Shown here one piece after another: positions 61,049 to 64,000 of a DNA stretch of 64,000 nt. Numbering within the stretch: position 1 is the stretch's first letter; each line of letters starts with the position of its first letter. Source of the DNA: Thermococcus sp. JdFR-02 (GTDB taxonomy: Archaea > Methanobacteriota_B > Thermococci > Thermococcales > Thermococcaceae); NCBI GenBank assembly GCA_002009975.1, contig MTLP01000042.1:64001-128000 (forward strand), written 5' to 3'. The translations under genes and the position numbers were made by a program. The notes beneath the pieces are model-generated. The model did not search any database, was not told the origin of the DNA, and worked only from the letters and a program-made list of their open reading frames with translations.

Positions 61049-61690
61049 ATGGAGAGGGAGTATAAGGCTCTAATCATCTCAGGAGAGCTTTTAATTTTTG
61101 TTACTCTACTTACTCTCTTGTCAGGATTTTTCACGACCAAGAACTTTTTAGTGGACAAATGGATAAGCTATTCCTCTGCCTACAGAATTCACACAATTAT
61201 ACTCCCAATAATCTTTATTCCCCTCCTTTACGTCCACTCCCTCGCAGGCATTTTGATAGCTACCGAGAGAGTAAGAGCTTTGAACAAAGGCATAATAAGG
61301 AAGACCATAATGGTAATCTGGACACTCATATTTATGGGGTTGCTAGTACTTTACTTTGCCCAACCTGAATCAATAAGCTCTGAAAATAACAGCAGGAGTA
61401 TTTTAGCTCAGACTGCATCTCCTATTACAAATACCGAAAAAGAGGGGATAATCTTAACTCTCAAAGAGGTGTCAAAACATAACCAATCAAATGATTGCTG
61501 GATCATCGTAGAAGACAAAATTTACAACGTAACTAGCTTTCTAAGTATTCACCCTGGAGGGAGTGATGCCATAATTCCTTATTGTGGAACAAATGCGACC
61601 GAGATATTTTTCAGCAAGCACGATCAGGGGGCGTATGAGACACTACAACAATACTACATCGGAAAAATTGGGAATGTGGTTGAAAGATAG
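61049..61690 (+). CDS. Membrane protein with C-terminal cytochrome b5-like heme domain
   Basis: TM helices with His pair (RIH...YVH); b5 domain EV.KHN...DCWI....IYNVT.F...HPGG...I...CG.NAT..F...H.......L..YYIG. Confidence 0.85.
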   Translation: MEREYKALIISGELLIFVTLLTLLSGFFTTKNFLVDKWISYSSAYRIHTIILPIIFIPLLYVHSLAGILIATERVRALNKGIIRKTIMVIWTLIFMGLLVLYFAQPESISSENNSRSILAQTASPITNTEKEGIILTLKEVSKHNQSNDCWIIVEDKIYNVTSFLSIHPGGSDAIIPYCGTNATEIFFSKHDQGAYETLQQYYIGKIGNVVER

Positions 61691-61788
61691 TACTTAAAGC
61701 TTCCCTTCTCCAATTTTGAAGGTTTGTGTTTTGAACTTGCCTTATTATAAATTTTTGATGGACAAAATTGTATAAAAACTGGAAAAAG

Positions 61789-61819
61789 GTTAAAAACCTT
61801 TTATCTCAAACCTTTTGTT
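61789..61819. promoter_or_regulatory. Phased SurR-type sites upstream of cbs operon
   Basis: GTT-AAA-AAC-n5-ATC-n3-AAC-n5-GTT; core lies within palindrome AAAAGGTT-AAA-AACCTTTT. Confidence 0.6.
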
Positions 61820-61918
61820 AAATAAATCCGAATTATTTTCGATTTTTCAAAAAGCAGTTTTGCCACAACCGAAAGATATATATGCATTTTTATTCATCTT
61901 TGAGTAGGTGAGGGCTAA

Positions 61919-63088
61919 ATGGTAGAAAATTATACAGAATTGGGTATTTATGACAATGTCCTTCAAACAATTGGAAAGACCCCTATAATCAGGCTTAGAC
62001 AGATTGAGCAATATTTCAACGTTCAAAATGAGCTGTATGCTAAAATTGAGTTCTTCAACCCTGGAGGAAGCGTAAAGGATAGGATTGGAAAATATATGAT
62101 TGAAGGTGCTAAAAAAGAGGGAAAAATAGCTGAGGGTGCAGTGATAATTGAACCCACATCAGGGAACACTGGAGTAGGTTTAGCCTTGGTTGCAGCGGTT
62201 GAAGGCTACAAAACAGTGTTTACAATGCCAACAAAGATGAGCTTGGAGAAGGAGCTTCTCCTTGAAGCTTTAGGCGCTTTTGTGATTAGAACTCCCACAG
62301 CAGTCACTCCAAGCGATCCAAACTCATACTACAAAGTGGCTGAGGCTGTGAGAAATCTCATTTGGAAAAAGAAGAGGCCAGTGAGTATGGAGGAGCTTAA
62401 AGAGATAGTTGATTATGTGCAGAGGCTCGTTGATGAGGAGAGACTTGATGAGCTTAGGAGTATTCTTGAGGAAGAAGTTGAGGAAACACCCTATGCTTAC
62501 ATCCCAAACCAGTACTTTAACAAGTACAACCCAATAGCTCACTATGAAACAACTGCTAAAGAAATTTGGGAGCAGACTAAGGGAAAGATAGACTATCTTT
62601 TCGCAGGAATAGGCACTGGCGGAACTATAACTGGAATTGGACGCTATTTAAAGGAAAGGAAAGACGTCAAGATAATAGGTGTTGATCCAGTTGGCTCAAT
62701 ATACAATCTCGTGAAGAAGGGAATGAGTCTAGAGGAGGCCGTGAAAAAAGCTCATCCTTATTTAGTAGAAGGAATAGGAGAAGATTTGCTCCCAGAGACC
62801 GTTGATTTGAGCCTAGTTGATGATATAGTTGTTGTCAATGATCAGGAAGCTTTTGCAATGACACGCTTCTTGGCAAGGAAAGAAGGGATTTTAGTTGGAG
62901 GTTCTTCAGGAGCGGCGTTATATGGAACAATAAGATATCTCAAAGAGAAAGGGGTAAAAGGAAAGAAAGTCGTTATAATATTCCCAGACACTGGAAGGAA
63001 CTACCTAACAAAGATATTCAACAATAAATGGCTTCTTGAGAACGGTTTTGAAATCGATGATGAAAAAGTTCTGGAGGGATTGAGATGA
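61919..63088 (+). CDS. Cystathionine beta-synthase / cysteine synthase family (PLP fold II)
   Basis: K.EFFNPGGSVKDR, EPTSGNTG, NQY.N..N, GIGTGGT, VEGIG, GSSG, PD.GRNY. Confidence 0.88.
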   Translation: MVENYTELGIYDNVLQTIGKTPIIRLRQIEQYFNVQNELYAKIEFFNPGGSVKDRIGKYMIEGAKKEGKIAEGAVIIEPTSGNTGVGLALVAAVEGYKTVFTMPTKMSLEKELLLEALGAFVIRTPTAVTPSDPNSYYKVAEAVRNLIWKKKRPVSMEELKEIVDYVQRLVDEERLDELRSILEEEVEETPYAYIPNQYFNKYNPIAHYETTAKEIWEQTKGKIDYLFAGIGTGGTITGIGRYLKERKDVKIIGVDPVGSIYNLVKKGMSLEEAVKKAHPYLVEGIGEDLLPETVDLSLVDDIVVVNDQEAFAMTRFLARKEGILVGGSSGAALYGTIRYLKEKGVKGKKVVIIFPDTGRNYLTKIFNNKWLLENGFEIDDEKVLEGLR

Positions 63089-64000
63089 AAGGCTTTTCAA
63101 CCAAGGCTATTCACGTCGGTGAAGATCCAAGTGAGATGCAGCATGGCGATGTTGTTTCCCCAATCCACCTTTCAACCACTTTCGCAAAGAAAAGTGTGAG
63201 AGAAGTTGAGGAAGGCTATGTTTACTCAAGGAGCGGCAACCCCACGAGGAATAACCTTGAGAAAAAATTAGCAGCACTTGAAAACGCTAAGTATGGGTTG
63301 GCTTTTTCCTCAGGGTTAGCGGCTGAATCTACAATACTCCTAGCATTACTAAAGAAAAGAGACCATGTTGTAGCTTTCGACGACCTCTATGGGGGAACAA
63401 AAAGGCTCTTCAACCAAGTTATGGAGCGCTTTGGGATTGAATTTACTTATGTAGATGCAAGAGAGCCTGAGAATGTTAGAAGTGCAATAAAAGAAAATAC
63501 AAAGATGATTTGGCTTGAAACTCCCACAAATCCCCTTTTAAAGCTTGCTGACATCAAGGCAATATCTGAGATTGCTCATGAGAGAGATTTAATCGTGGTT
63601 GTGGATAACACATTTGCGAGTCCCTACTTCCAAAATCCCCTCGACCTTGGGGCGGATATAGTGCTCCACAGCGTTACCAAATACTTAGGAGGACATTCCG
63701 ATGTTGTCGGAGGAGCCGTGATGGTAAATGACGATGAGATTTATGAAAAGTTGAAGTTCCATCAAAACGCAGTCGGTGCAATTTTGTCACCTTTTGACTC
63801 CTGGCTCGTTATGAGGGGCATTAAAACGCTTGCTGTTAGGATGGAGAGGCACGAGAAGAATGCTATGAGAATTGCGAAGTATCTGGAAGAGCATCCATTG
63901 GTTGAGAGGGTTTACTATCCAGGCTTGTCTTCACATCCACAGCACGAGCTCGCAAGGAGGCAGATGAGAGGATTTGGGGGAATGCTCTCATTCGAGCTTA
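63085..64000 (+). CDS. Cystathionine gamma-lyase/synthase (partial, runs off window end)
   Basis: Manual translation MKGFSTKAIHVG...YSRSGNPTR...FSSGLAA...LYGGT...ETPTNP...DNTF...HSVTKYLGGHSD; ATGA overlap with upstream stop. Confidence 0.92.
   Translation, partial: MKGFSTKAIHVGEDPSEMQHGDVVSPIHLSTTFAKKSVREVEEGYVYSRSGNPTRNNLEKKLAALENAKYGLAFSSGLAAESTILLALLKKRDHVVAFDDLYGGTKRLFNQVMERFGIEFTYVDAREPENVRSAIKENTKMIWLETPTNPLLKLADIKAISEIAHERDLIVVVDNTFASPYFQNPLDLGADIVLHSVTKYLGGHSDVVGGAVMVNDDEIYEKLKFHQNAVGAILSPFDSWLVMRGIKTLAVRMERHEKNAMRIAKYLEEHPLVERVYYPGLSSHPQHELARRQMRGFGGMLSFEL

Noticed and set aside
61009-61051. TGA after Cys at the end of DUF2892 as possible selenocysteine readthrough
   Set aside because: Followed immediately by TAG, no SECIS seen, and Thermococcales are not known to use Sec
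52868-61690. Calling the metal/redox cluster a mobile genomic island
   Set aside because: No integrase, transposase, att repeats or obvious compositional break seen; only gene content suggests accessory origin

Overview
AT-rich, densely packed archaeal chromosome segment. Gene content (SurR/PDO/Fd/GGR cluster, ThermoDBP-RP, LonB, TET peptidase, cpgS, GGTGA ribosome-binding sites) points to Thermococcales. Bases 1-52.8 kb are mostly housekeeping: adk, trmY, topA, GGR, surR, queE, rfcS/rfcL, ABCE1, proS, moeA/moaB, sppA, hypE, lonB and tRNA-Val(TAC). Features missing from the ORF track are four box C/D guide RNAs, one H/ACA guide hairpin, a GC-rich structured RNA upstream of topA and a 43-aa C2H2 zinc-finger microprotein. 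Bases 52.9-61.7 kb form a metal/redox cluster: CooC-like ATPase, NifX-like protein, ferredoxin, thioredoxin, copA/copR with CopR-type boxes, a broken CcdA/DsbD-like gene, a Met/His-rich exported protein, a methyltransferase, and a Cys-rich Lrp regulator divergent from DUF2892 plus a membrane-anchored cytochrome b5-like protein. The b5-like protein is unexpected in a lineage generally regarded as lacking heme proteins and is the best candidate for an undescribed system. The window ends in a cystathionine beta-synthase/gamma-lyase operon with SurR-type sites upstream. No CRISPR array, transposase or integrase was seen. All family calls come from motif recognition without database searches.
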